A stretch of DNA of 64,000 nucleotides from Antedon mediterranea (Eukaryota > Animalia > Echinodermata): contig NC_092675.1 of the NCBI RefSeq assembly GCF_964355755.1, forward strand, positions 4,087,812 to 4,151,811, written 5' to 3'. Shown piece by piece: positions 1-11,500 of this stretch. The notes under the pieces were generated by a model. That model was not told where the DNA came from. It saw only the letters and a list, made by a program, of their open reading frames with translations, and did no database searches. A program made the position numbers and the translations under genes. Numbering within the stretch: position 1 is the stretch's first letter; the number at the start of each line of letters is the position of its first letter.

Positions 1-1
1 A

Positions 2-175
2 CACTCTGTTGCACCACGAGGAGCTTTAAGACAAAAAGGCGATATTAAAACTACACTCGAAAAAGAACGACAACAGGAAAATTTTAAACGACATCAAGAA
101 TTTCTTGAAAGACAGAAAGAAGAGTTAAACCCAGCCTCATTCAAAGAGGAACTTGTTTATCTTTATCAATGTTAA
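2..175 (+). CDS. Probable last coding exon of an upstream gene, truncated by the window edge (HSVAPRGALRQKGDIKTTLEKERQQENFKRHQEFLERQKEELNPASFKEELVYLYQC*)
   Basis: 57 open codons from the window start, with E/K/Q-rich protein-like composition in AT-rich DNA, stop TAA at 173-175 and AATAAA at about 248-264. No family motif recognised. Confidence 0.45.
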   Translation, partial: HSVAPRGALRQKGDIKTTLEKERQQENFKRHQEFLERQKEELNPASFKEELVYLYQC

Positions 176-729
176 CATAAATAATACATTTAACATGATA
201 AAAAATATCTGCTGGATAAGAAAACTATTGTAAAATTAGTAAACCTAAATAAACCCGTAATAAACTTCCATTTTAACCATATGTGTCTCAGTATTTAAGC
301 CTTAAACTTCTTTGCAGACGGCGAGAATCGTATATCAGGGAAGATTAAATTAAATTAATCATGCATAACAAAGAGTAACTAACGCCATCATACTAGAAAC
401 GCCGTAGAGGGCAGTATAAAGATTACTTTCCACGTCACGTCGACACTTGCAGCTGATAAACAAAATATAATAAAAGTTACTACTCCTTTGTGCAGTTTTA
501 TTCAAGAGTACGGAAGCATTAGGAAACAGTTATCATGCGGTAGCTTACCGTATAGTTTACTACGGCTGAAAAATGGGTATTTGGAAACTCGGACTGGGCA
601 TGCGCAAAAACCAAATCGCGTCTGGGAAGAGAGAGTCTATGAAAACTTGCTGATAAATATTGAGATGCATGTAAACGGTAGTTATCGTGAGATCGCCGGC
701 GTTTTTTAAAACTATTTCTTGTTTAAATT

Positions 730-822
730 ACTACTAATACTACTACTACTAACTACTACTACTCACTACTACTACTACTACAACTTAATACTACTACTAC
801 TACTACTACTACTACTGCTACT

Positions 823-886
<64 letters not shown>

Positions 887-957
887 GCTACTTACTACTA
901 TTTACTACTACTACTACTACTACTACTACTACAACTTAATACTACTACTGCTACTAG

Positions 958-990
<33 letters not shown>

Positions 991-1107
991 AACAACTACA
1001 ACAACTTAATAATACTACTACTACTACTTACTACTACTACTACTACTACTACTACTACAGCTACAACTTAATACTACTACTACTACTACTACTTACTACT
1101 ACTATTG

Positions 1108-1139
<32 letters not shown>

Positions 1140-1197
1140 GCTGCTGCTACTTAATACTACTACTACTACTACTACAACTACTACTACTACTACTACT

Positions 1198-1233
<36 letters not shown>

Positions 1234-1277
1234 AACAACTTAATACTACTACTACTTACTACTACTACTACTACTAC

Positions 1278-1336
<59 letters not shown>

Positions 1337-1360
1337 ACTGCTACTACTACTACAACTTAA

Positions 1361-1394
<34 letters not shown>

Positions 1395-1400
1395 GCTACT

Positions 1401-1442
<42 letters not shown>

Positions 1443-1446
1443 AATT

Positions 1447-1497
<51 letters not shown>

Positions 1498-1517
1498 AAC
1501 TTAATACTACTACTACT

Positions 1518-1551
<34 letters not shown>

Positions 1552-1598
1552 GCTACTACTACTACAACAACTTACTACTACTACTACTATACTAGTAG
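730..1598. repeat. Compound (ACT)n microsatellite, about 870 bp
   Basis: Near-continuous ACT/TAC repeats punctuated by recurring ACAACTTAAT and ACTTACT interruptions. Confidence 0.97.
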
Positions 1599-1911
1599 TG
1601 TAAACACGTTGAAACAAGTTCCGTGAGCCTATTAGATATATTTTCAACCCGATTATTTTACGTTATCATGTCTAACGACAATAAACATCACCTTTACTAT
1701 AACCTTTCTCTTATAAATTACGGTTTATGGCTCCTCCTGATACCGAGAATCGCCAATAGATAAACAAGCTCTTTATCAAATTCAATCAGGTGGTTCTTCC
1801 ACTTAGTTGACTCAATAAAATATATACAAACATCGACATATGTTCAGCAAGAAATCAGTTGTCAAATCCCGTACAAACGTCGATAACGGTCTTTACAATA
1901 GTTTTTCTAAA

Positions 1912-4900
1912 ATGTTAGCCATGCATTTGCTACTTTTGTTCCTACTGCTACCATTTGTCTCAAGTCAAATTGACACGGAATATTTTAGTAACGAAAAGAC
2001 AGAAGAAGATCTGAAATTAACAATGATAGATCCTATAGCGGTAAGTAGAAGTGTTTTTTATTTATAGTTAGTTATCGTTGGTTCTTTCATTTACGCGAAT
2101 GTTCGTTCGCAAAAAACCATAACGTTTCAACACCTGTGATATGAGCAATACGAGCTAAATATTTATTAAACTATGGCCCTCTGTTTGATATTTGTAACAA
2201 ACTTACATGCATAGAGTGCTTCTCATGGTATATGCCTACATTATAGAAATACCGATATTTTACTTTCTAGGTGGGCCATGAACGAACATTCTACCTTGAT
2301 ACCGGTAGATCATTGAATTTAAAAACGTTAGCTGTGCACCCGCCTATATTTGGTAAGCGTGATATATTATTTATTTGTAAAACATTAAATTGGTAGATTG
2401 AATAATAAACATAAAGGCTAGGCAATGTAAATGTAAAAACGCCTATATTTGGTACGTGTTATATTGTTTTGTTGTAGAACATTAAATTAGTAGATTGAAT
2501 AGTAAACAAGGCTAGTCAATGAAAACGTACTTTAATATTTCATTATATCTGTTTATGTTTACCATTATCATTTGCATAAAAAGAAATACTAAAAAAATAG
2601 AGGACTACAGGTGTATGCAAAAAATCCTTTAGGCCTATAGACGTCACATTTTAGGCCCAAACCCAGCCTCTGACGTCATAACCATTGCCCGATAATATAA
2701 CTATATACATTAATTTGATAGTCGTCTATCACCAAGTGATAGAAAGTGACTGGAAATTAATGACAGTAAACGTTTACGACGAAGAGCCCGGAACATTTAG
2801 CTTGATATATAAACAAGCCATTACACCACAGGGGTGTTCATGGTATGGTTAAAATGGATAACTACCGGTACCGGTAATTCATGTTGTTTTATTGACAGCC
2901 ATTGACGACTTCCTTACCGAAGCCGAATGTGAATATATCGTAAATCTAGCAGTTAATACCTCAAACTGGAAAGAAAGTGCAACAATACCTAAAGATACGT
3001 TTACACTGGGTGCAAAGGAAGGTGAACGTCAATTCGATTTCAAAACAACTGATACAAATGACGATGATTTAGTTGATTTCATGGAACTTTGGGCCGTAAT
3101 GCCCCCTATACAAAACTACATGATAACAATAGAAGATATTCCTGAATTTGTTCAATTACATAATTATGACGTCGATGGAGATGAGACATTGACAAGAGAA
3201 GAGTTTGATCAAATTGACGTAAAGTTAGCATATGAATGGATGATAAAGAAAGGGGAAAATAATCACCGAAATACAGTTAGAAAAAGCAAGCAAGTTTGGC
3301 TTAATCCCGAAACGGACACAGTGTTAAGCTTACTGACAGAAAGGTACCTAATTTATATAGAAATACCATAGGCAGGTCCAAAGTTTGGGCATCCTGAATT
3401 TTAAAAAAGCACAATGCAAAAGATATATATATATTAAATTCAGCACTTTATTTTACAAATTTTAGGCTCTCGCCGAAGACCCACCCGCCCACCACCCCGG
3501 GCCATAAATCAGAATCAATGATCCCTCTGAGTACACACGTCACAACATTATTATAATACTACACAAACTAATTATAAAATAACCCACTCCATTTTTGGTA
3601 CCAGGTTATACGAATTTCGGAAATTGACAGTTTAAGTTTAATAATGAAAAGGAATGATGATGAAATACATTTCTAATTATTTTGTTTTTGTTCTCTTTGA
3701 AATAATGAATACAACATGATTTCTTGTATTTTTTTTGTTTTTTTGGCAGGATTACTTCTGTGACAGGTATCCCAAAGAGGATAATTGATTCAAGTAAAGA
3801 GTTTCAAGTAAGAATACTGTATTTTCATCATCAAATCCCTTTTTTGAGGACTTAGATGCTTGTTGAGATAAATCCTATATAAGCACCCGATTCTGAGCTG
3901 TCACTAAAGTAATAAATAAAATTTGTCAAATTACACAAAAAAGTAATATAATTCAAATGAACACATTCAGATTTGCATAGTGTTTGCACAGGGTAAATTT
4001 CAACAAATTCAGTCCTTCTATAATATGGACCAAAATAGGAACTTGTTCATTAACATGATACGATGAAATAGCCCTCTTCTCGACGATACTAAATAGTGTT
4101 ATTATTTACTTTATAGATTGTTCATTACGATATCGGAGGGCACTATCATGCGCACTATGATTCTACTTTTGTTGATGAGCGTTCGTGTATACACACACGT
4201 GAAATTGACGGAGTAGATCACGATCAACCAGACGACTTTACAAAGTATCGCATTTGCAGGTATATTCTTAAGCTCTGTCTACACTATCAAACTTTATGCG
4301 AAAAAAAATGTGATGTGCCCATACACACTACCATATTTTGGCATATCACTACGATATTTGGGCACATTTTTATGTCAAACTATAGTTTGATAATGTAGAC
4401 AGTGCTTCACACTGAGATTCTCCTGGATTACTCACGGTGGTGGTTTTTAAGGAGGAAAGTATCCTATACCCTAGTCATAGTCAATAGAAAGTTTCTATTA
4501 ACTATGCCCTAGAGTACATCACTCAGTAACATTTAACACCGGACTCGGGCTTGAACAGTTAGATTAAAAATATATTGTCCCCCTGAAAACATTAATTTGT
4601 AAAAATGTGTTTGTTGAATAGATCATTTTAATGGCACGTTGTCTGTCATACCATAAAGTTATTTCTCCATGGTCAGTTTTTACATTTTCATTTTATAAGT
4701 GAAATAACTTCAAAATATAACTACAAAATGGCTTATGCAAAATCTGATTCATATTAATATTCATTTTTCATGTTTTTTGTAAATGCATTATTACATCTTT
4801 AAAGCCTGATTTGTATAAATAGGGCTATTATTCAAAATAAAAACGCACAATTTTCTTATGAATAAATATACTTTACAAGATTACAAGAGACGTATTTTCT

Positions 4901-6509
4901 GTTGAATTAAACACATTATTGAACTACAAACTGATATCCAGTAAATATTACTGTAATGAACAAAATGTTATTCTAACATCTGTTGATTATTATTTAGCAT
5001 TGAATGAAGTAAAAGGTTGTAAAAGAACGATATCATTGTAAATAACGATAAAATACTGCTGTCGGAATATTTTGCAATCTGCCAACGTGGCAGGAGCCCG
5101 TATGTTTGTGAAAGCAAAGTAAATAAAAGAAGCTAAAATAAATTAATTGTTTTAGGTACCTTAGAACACCTAAGTGGATGTATTCGGGAAAGGGGTGTTT
5201 ATTTATGAAATCATATACTATATTATATTATGAATATGAAATTTGAATTTAAACAAACTTTTTCATATTCTTCATTCATTTCAGATATGCAACGATTATG
5301 TATTACTTAAATGATGTTGATGAAGGAGGGGATACAGCGTTTCCAGTTGCTGATAATGAAACGTTTTCCTGTGAAGTAAGTACCGTATTTTACTACAGTA
5401 CAGAATGATCCATTTCTGTTCAATATAACGCGAATGGTATAAAATATATCACATTGCTACATTACCGAATTATTATTTTTACAGGCTTTAAATTCAGGAG
5501 GTCGTATTGTAGATTTGAGCCATCATTGCAAAGACGCTAATTTGCTGGTAAAGCCATCAAAGGGGAAGGTTGTATTCTGGTATAATCACGAAACCAGTGA
5601 GGATGGTGAGTGTATAGTATAGTCTGATTATGGGAAACTAATTTAAATTCACACCATTGATGATACTAACAATGGTTAGAACTGAAAGAAACCTAATTGG
5701 CATCTCTTTAGTTATCAAAACACCAGAGTTTAAATTATTTTCTAGCAAAGTAAGTTCAACAGCTAAAACACTTAATAGTAATAATTTAGGTTAAGCAAAT
5801 GGAATTAGAAATTCTAGAAACTACCGTACTGTCTTTTTATTTAAAAAGGATACGGCCTATAGCAATAATCACTATATTTAATTTTAGGTTGGCTTGGTAG
5901 TCAAGATCCTTATTCCTTGCATGGTGGCTGTGATATTGTAAAAGGAACTAAATGGATTGCTAATCATTTTGTGACAGTGGACAGCGACAAAGAACGACAG
6001 CTTCGTTCTATGGACATCTCGGAGGAAAAAAAGAAAAGTAAAAACACAGCAGGAGTAACAGAAGAAAGCACAAAACACGAAGAAATAAATGAACACCAAC
6101 ACCAAATAATGACAACTAATAAACAACTGGAAGAAAAAGATATAAACGAAGAAATCAATCAAGAGAAATTGTATTACAGTGCCCACAGCAAGAAAAACAT
6201 CAAAATATAGAGACCGGGAAAAATACACAACACAAGGAAACAAATGGAAACAAGCAATGGTTGGAATTGGATGAAGACAATATCAGTAAGAAACAACAAC
6301 AACACACAGAGAAACCCATAATTGAGGAAACTCCAAAAGACAAAATCGTGCAATACCAACAACGATCGTTTCAACAGCAGGAAATAAAGAAAGACATTTC
6401 TAATCAACAACAAATAATACGGATACCAAACCAGGGCAATCAAGACATATTCCGACAACCATACAATGATAATTATAATGCAGATATTGAAACGAAAGAG
6501 GAACTATAG
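1912..6509 (+). CDS. P4HTM: Transmembrane prolyl 4-hydroxylase-like (EF-hand 2-oxoglutarate/Fe dioxygenase), 8 exons
   Basis: Exons 1912(or 1840)-2040, 2271-2352, 2899-3343, 3750-3807, 4117-4259, 5285-5375, 5485-5605 and 5888-6210 splice in frame with GT-AG. Motifs matching P4HTM: VGHER...PPIF, FLTEAEC, EF-hands DTNDDDLVDFME and DVDGDETLTREE, GGHYHAHYDS (HxD), YLNDVDEGGDTAFPVADN, VFWYNH, GWLG...YSLHGGC, GTKWIAN. As assembled the frame stops at 6210; a 1-nt shift near 6166 extends it to KEEL* at 6509. Confidence 0.93.
4271..4406. mobile_element. MITE family 1 (AGCTCTGTCTACACTATCAAAC TIRs; PIF/Harbinger-like)
   Basis: Terminal inverted repeats and internal CATATCACTACCATATTTGG-type repeats; about 10 copies in the window, often flanked by TTA/TAA. 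Confidence 0.8.
4476..4506. mobile_element. 31-bp palindrome with 7-bp TSD, putative P-superfamily excision footprint
   Basis: CCCTAGT|CATAGTCAATAGAAAGTTTCTATTAACTATG|CCCTAGA. Confidence 0.6.
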
Positions 6510-8511
6510 ATCCTGTTACATTTATTTACCGGTGTCCTCTGCTCGAATCAGATCGACTTCCATGAATTTCTATTCTCTCCTCTGTTGCGCCAGCCTCACA
6601 CATTTCTCATAACTGTCCATTCGTTTATATGTTGTTGGTCCATGTTAGTCGCAGCCTAACTTTGGCCTTTTTTTTTATCATGTTTTCAATTCTCCCTCCT
6701 TCAGTAATGCTTCTTTCCCTACAAGATACAGTAATGATGACAACACCAACAAACATTATAAACTATCATAAAATGTGTAAAACTCGTTATTACTGGGGAA
6801 ATATGTAGACATATCGTTATTCTTCATTAAATAAATGTTTTAAGTATTATTAAGAAGCTAATTACTGTTTTTTTCTCTTGTGTGGTAAACAACCACTCTT
6901 AATTAATTTCTAAGAATAAATACATATAAAATAAGATATTTCGTCAATAAATTAATGTAGGGGTTTAGTCTCAGAGAAGAGCGAAATTGTAATTCCCTGG
7001 GATAGGTGATAGTTACGTTTTTACTTTTCTTACGTTTCGAATCCTGGTAGAATACGGTATTAGTTGAGCCAGATAACTTATATTTTTCTTAATTTTTGGT
7101 GTCGTCGGTCATCACCTGGACCTAGTATTTTGTAAACGAACACGATGCCTTATTACCTTATTATGAAATTATCCAATATCAGGATTTATCGTATTTAGGT
7201 TTACTTTACTGGCCTTTGACACAAATACTTTTTTTAAATGATGTTATATGACATAATATACTGTGTATGCAACTGTGTAGCCAGATATTGCAAACGTAAA
7301 ATGGTATAATATGTAAGCCTAGCACAGGCCTACAAATGTATCATATAAATAATTTCATAAAATATACAGTATAAGAACATACGAATAATTCAACATCTGT
7401 TTACAGAATTTAGTACCGGTATAATATAATGGAAACAAATTAATTAATTTAATTATATCTTTTCAAGATCATATACATATTGTAGTAATTCACAATGGTT
7501 TTGAAATAGACATTAGTAATGGAGTTGTTAGTTGTGTCTTTCCTGGTTTCATTTATTTCATGTGCAATTGGTACAAATCCAAACTACAAGAAGACCTTTC
7601 ATTAACAAGAATAGATCTTATATCGGCAAGTAGGTGGTAGATATAAGAAGATGATGAAGAAGTTGAGAAATGGTATCAAGAGTTATCTAAGAACTTTGGA
7701 CTGGTTGATAGCCTAAAAGAAGTGAAAGACATGTATGGATAACATATAACAAGTGATGATGATGACAATGATGATGATAATGATTTCTTTCTTTTCTTCC
7801 TTACTTAAATTTTGAAAATAAACATCACTTCATGATATTGAAATTTCATTATATTTTCCAAACTTGCCTAAAATTTAACCAAAATAAAGGGTGCATAATT
7901 TAAATATATAAAAGCTATTTCAGCTATGTGAAAGAAATGAGCATTAGAACATTAGTAAAATATAAATTGAAAACAAACAAAAATATCATGTCAAATATAT
8001 ACAAATTTAATATACGAAACAAGCATCTTATATATTATGTAAATATTACAAATACTGTATAACATTAAATAAATAAGGTGCATAATAATAATTTTTAATA
8101 ACAAATAGTTACGCATTATGTAATATACGCATACATTTTATCTTATCTTATTTGAAAGCCTTTTGGGCATAATATTTATGAATCAGACCTTTACACTGTA
8201 TTCATTTATTTCATTAGTATATAACATAGCAAGACACCTATACCACTAGGATATCTTATTATCATATCTCACAATATACATATATTTATTTTGCCAAATC
8301 ACTTGTTGTATACATAGTCAACAAGTTTACACAACTTTTTTTTTAAATCAATCTTGGAAGAATTAATATACAGTAAATTCTCTTAAGTACAAGAAACATC
8401 TGAAATCATTCAAAAACATTTTTTTTTCTTACAATACATTCTGAAACCCAGACCTTATAAATACATTTTTAACATTAACCTTATGTAAGACGTCCGATTA
8501 AGATATGCAAA

Positions 8512-11500
8512 TTAAACATCAAATATGCGAGGATCTTTTGGATATGATACTTGTTGAACACCTGCAACAGCTAGCAGTTGGTTGATTGGTCGATGATCTT
8601 GGTCAGCTTTATCACGATGCATAAAATGCACTTGGTCTCCTACAAAAATATTAAAATTTCAATATCAATATTAAAAAAAATTATACTTTTTCAACTAACT
8701 GAAAAAGAAATGATTCATAAATTGGGTAAATGTAAGGTTTTATGAAAGTATGTCCAAAATATAGAGGGCGTTACAACATTTGAAATATACATTAGGCCAT
8801 AGAGGGCGCTATTAAAAAAAACTGAAGATATTGGTAACTATAAATAGTAACATGGGTATGTCAGGCATGCGGTTAAAGCCGAAAATGCAGTGCCAACTTA
8901 TTATGATTTATCAATTTATTATACAGAGCCTTGGTTGGTAGTAGAAAGTATAAATGTTTTTTTTTTCCAATAAAATTAGGAGAAATTGCATTTTCGTGTT
9001 CCATGATCATCGAGAGAGAGATTAGTCATGTATCTGTGGAACACATTCAACTTTCAGAGGAGGCATGTGTTAAGCTCTGTCTACACTATCAAACTAGTTT
9101 GATAAAAAGTGTGATGTTCCCAAATATGGTAGTGATATGCTTAAATATGGTAGTGATATGACATCATCATGTCCATATAAAGCTACATCACATTTCTTTG
9201 TCACATAACATTTGATAGTGTAGACAGAAACATCATTGCATACTGTTATTCCACAGTCCATTCATTCAACTTACCTGGACCTAAGATGAAGGAACCACCT
9301 TGTTGCTTTACATCACCCTGGAAATCACCTGTTTTGATTGCTTTCCATGTGCTTTTAAGGAGCCCACCAATGAGAGAGTGCTTTAAATGTTTGCTACCTG
9401 CACAATATAAAACAAGTTTCTTTATGGTTACATGATGAATCTGGTTTAAATTACATTAATTAAAAACATTAATTTAAAAAGTAATTTTAGATACATACAC
9501 ATACTGATGAATATATAATTTTAATGTCACATTTAAAACAAAATGTATATATTTGTTATCGTTTGCTTTGAATAAGAATGTGACACATGGAGGCTTACAG
9601 TAATTGTAGGTGAAACTTAGGCTTTTCTAAAAGAAGGCTAAATATATAATTTAGTCCAAACACATGACATAGAGCAGGAAGTTTTGTAGGTATGAAAGCG
9701 TCTTAAGCTCTGTCTACTACACTACAAAAACAATGTGGTGCCTCAAATATGGTAGTGATATGCCCAAATATGGTAGTGATCTTCATTTCTTGTCACATAA
9801 AGTTTGATAGTGTAGACAGAGCTTAATATTTTTACTTTCAGGAAGTTTTGTAGGTATGAAAGTGCTTTATGAATATCAGTGATTTTTGTTTAAAAACTGT
9901 GTTCTGGCACTACAACCTTTCATTTATATATGTAGACATGCAATATTGAATCCTAAACAAACAAATAAACTGTATAATACGGCTTTACCACGTTAAGTTA
10001 AGCAACGTTGGGCCTGGTTAGAGCTTGGATGGGAGACCATCTGGGAATAGCGGGTGCTGTATACGGAGCTGGGGTCCCGTTAGGCATTTGAAATCAGCAC
10101 TGCTGACTCTTATGGCAGCCCCTGCATCTAGTATCTGCCTTAGACCTCTGGTCAAGGTGGGCACTGGACGAGAGAAGCCCTGATCAATGTCAGGACCAAT
10201 CAAGGTGCTTTAAACAGTCCTGGCTTCGTTTGTATCAAACCTGTTAGTGGCGGTAATTATCGCTGTTGGTTTCGATTGAATAAAATAAAAAAATAAAAAT
10301 AATGATAATTACTGTATAATTACTGTATACATAATTACTGTATAATGATAATTACCATTTCCGCAGTTTTGTATTTCTTTCATACCAAGTGTGTTGTAAA
10401 CATCTCGCTCAATGTCACAGTACATCTCAAATGGATATTTAGTTTCTTCTTTATATTGCTGCAACGAAAAAAGTAAACAATTATTCTGTTTCATAACCCT
10501 TATTGCTGTGCACCAAAACATTTTCTTAAGAATTGTAAAAAAAAGAAAAAGAAGTTTGCACAAGGCAATTTAACAACAGGATGCTGGGCTCCGGAGATTA
10601 AAGGGTTTATCTGTGGCTGCTACATGATCAGAATTCCACTCCCCGCAGAGAATACAGTACTGTTGGTATTTGTCGCAGCCAGATCAAAGGACTGGTACAA
10701 GTTCCTATTTTGGCAAGGTGAGCTCAGTGTCCTGTTGTTAGACAGTTACCTTTGTCCACCCACGGAATTAAGAGTAAATTGCATGCAAAATAATCCATGT
10801 TGTTATGGATTAAACGACTGCAATGTGAGGTTCTGGTACAAGTACACTCAGTCTATTTTAAACAAGCTTAACCCATTTCTATATTCATTGGCCTGGCTGG
10901 TGCAAGTGTTTTTTTCAGACATTGAGATGTGATATTTCTATTAAAATTATCCTTTGTTTTGAATTAAATCTAACTCTATCTCTAACTACTGAACAACAAA
11001 ACAAATCTTACCTTTATATATTTATGTGGTGCACAGCCAATTACGACAAGCCTAACATTTGCATCCTTTAAAACAAAACACAAGCATTACTACCAGGTGC
11101 AGGCCTGACCGTTATTTTACAGGCTACACTAGGTTCAGTACGAGAGTGAAATAGGCCCTTTCCTGTTCAATTTCTATCAGGAAATGATATTTAACAAGAT
11201 GTATGACAATCATCACAAATCATTATCGTACACCACAACCTCAGTGAGGCTGTTTGTAATTTAAGCTGTAGTTGTGCTGCTGGGTAGGGGAGGGAGTACA
11301 CAAAGTCTTCTTTCACCCATCCTAATGCTTTGTCTACACTGTCTAGTTTGATAAAAATTGTGATGTACCCAAATATGGTTGGTAGTGATATACCCAAATA
11401 TGGTATTGATATGCCATCATCATGTCCATATATGGGCACCTCACATTTTTTGTCACAATAGTGTAGACAGAGCTTTGGGGCTTATTTTAAGGCTTTCACC

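Noticed and set aside
719-1626. ORFs encoding poly-L/T/Y peptides
   Set aside because: They are translations of the (ACT)n microsatellite; no splice or domain evidence.
6155-6180. Programmed -1 ribosomal frameshift in the P4HTM tail
   Set aside because: No X-XXY-YYZ heptamer or obvious downstream structure; a 1-nt indel is simpler.
8760-8812. AGAGGGCG CTCF-like motifs (also about 36700, 37630 and 43580)
   Set aside because: Only partial matches that cannot be distinguished from background without a PWM scan or ChIP data.
9978-10061. Functional 5S rRNA gene
   Set aside because: Internal deletion, no T-run terminator after the 5S part, and continuation into a SINE-like body.
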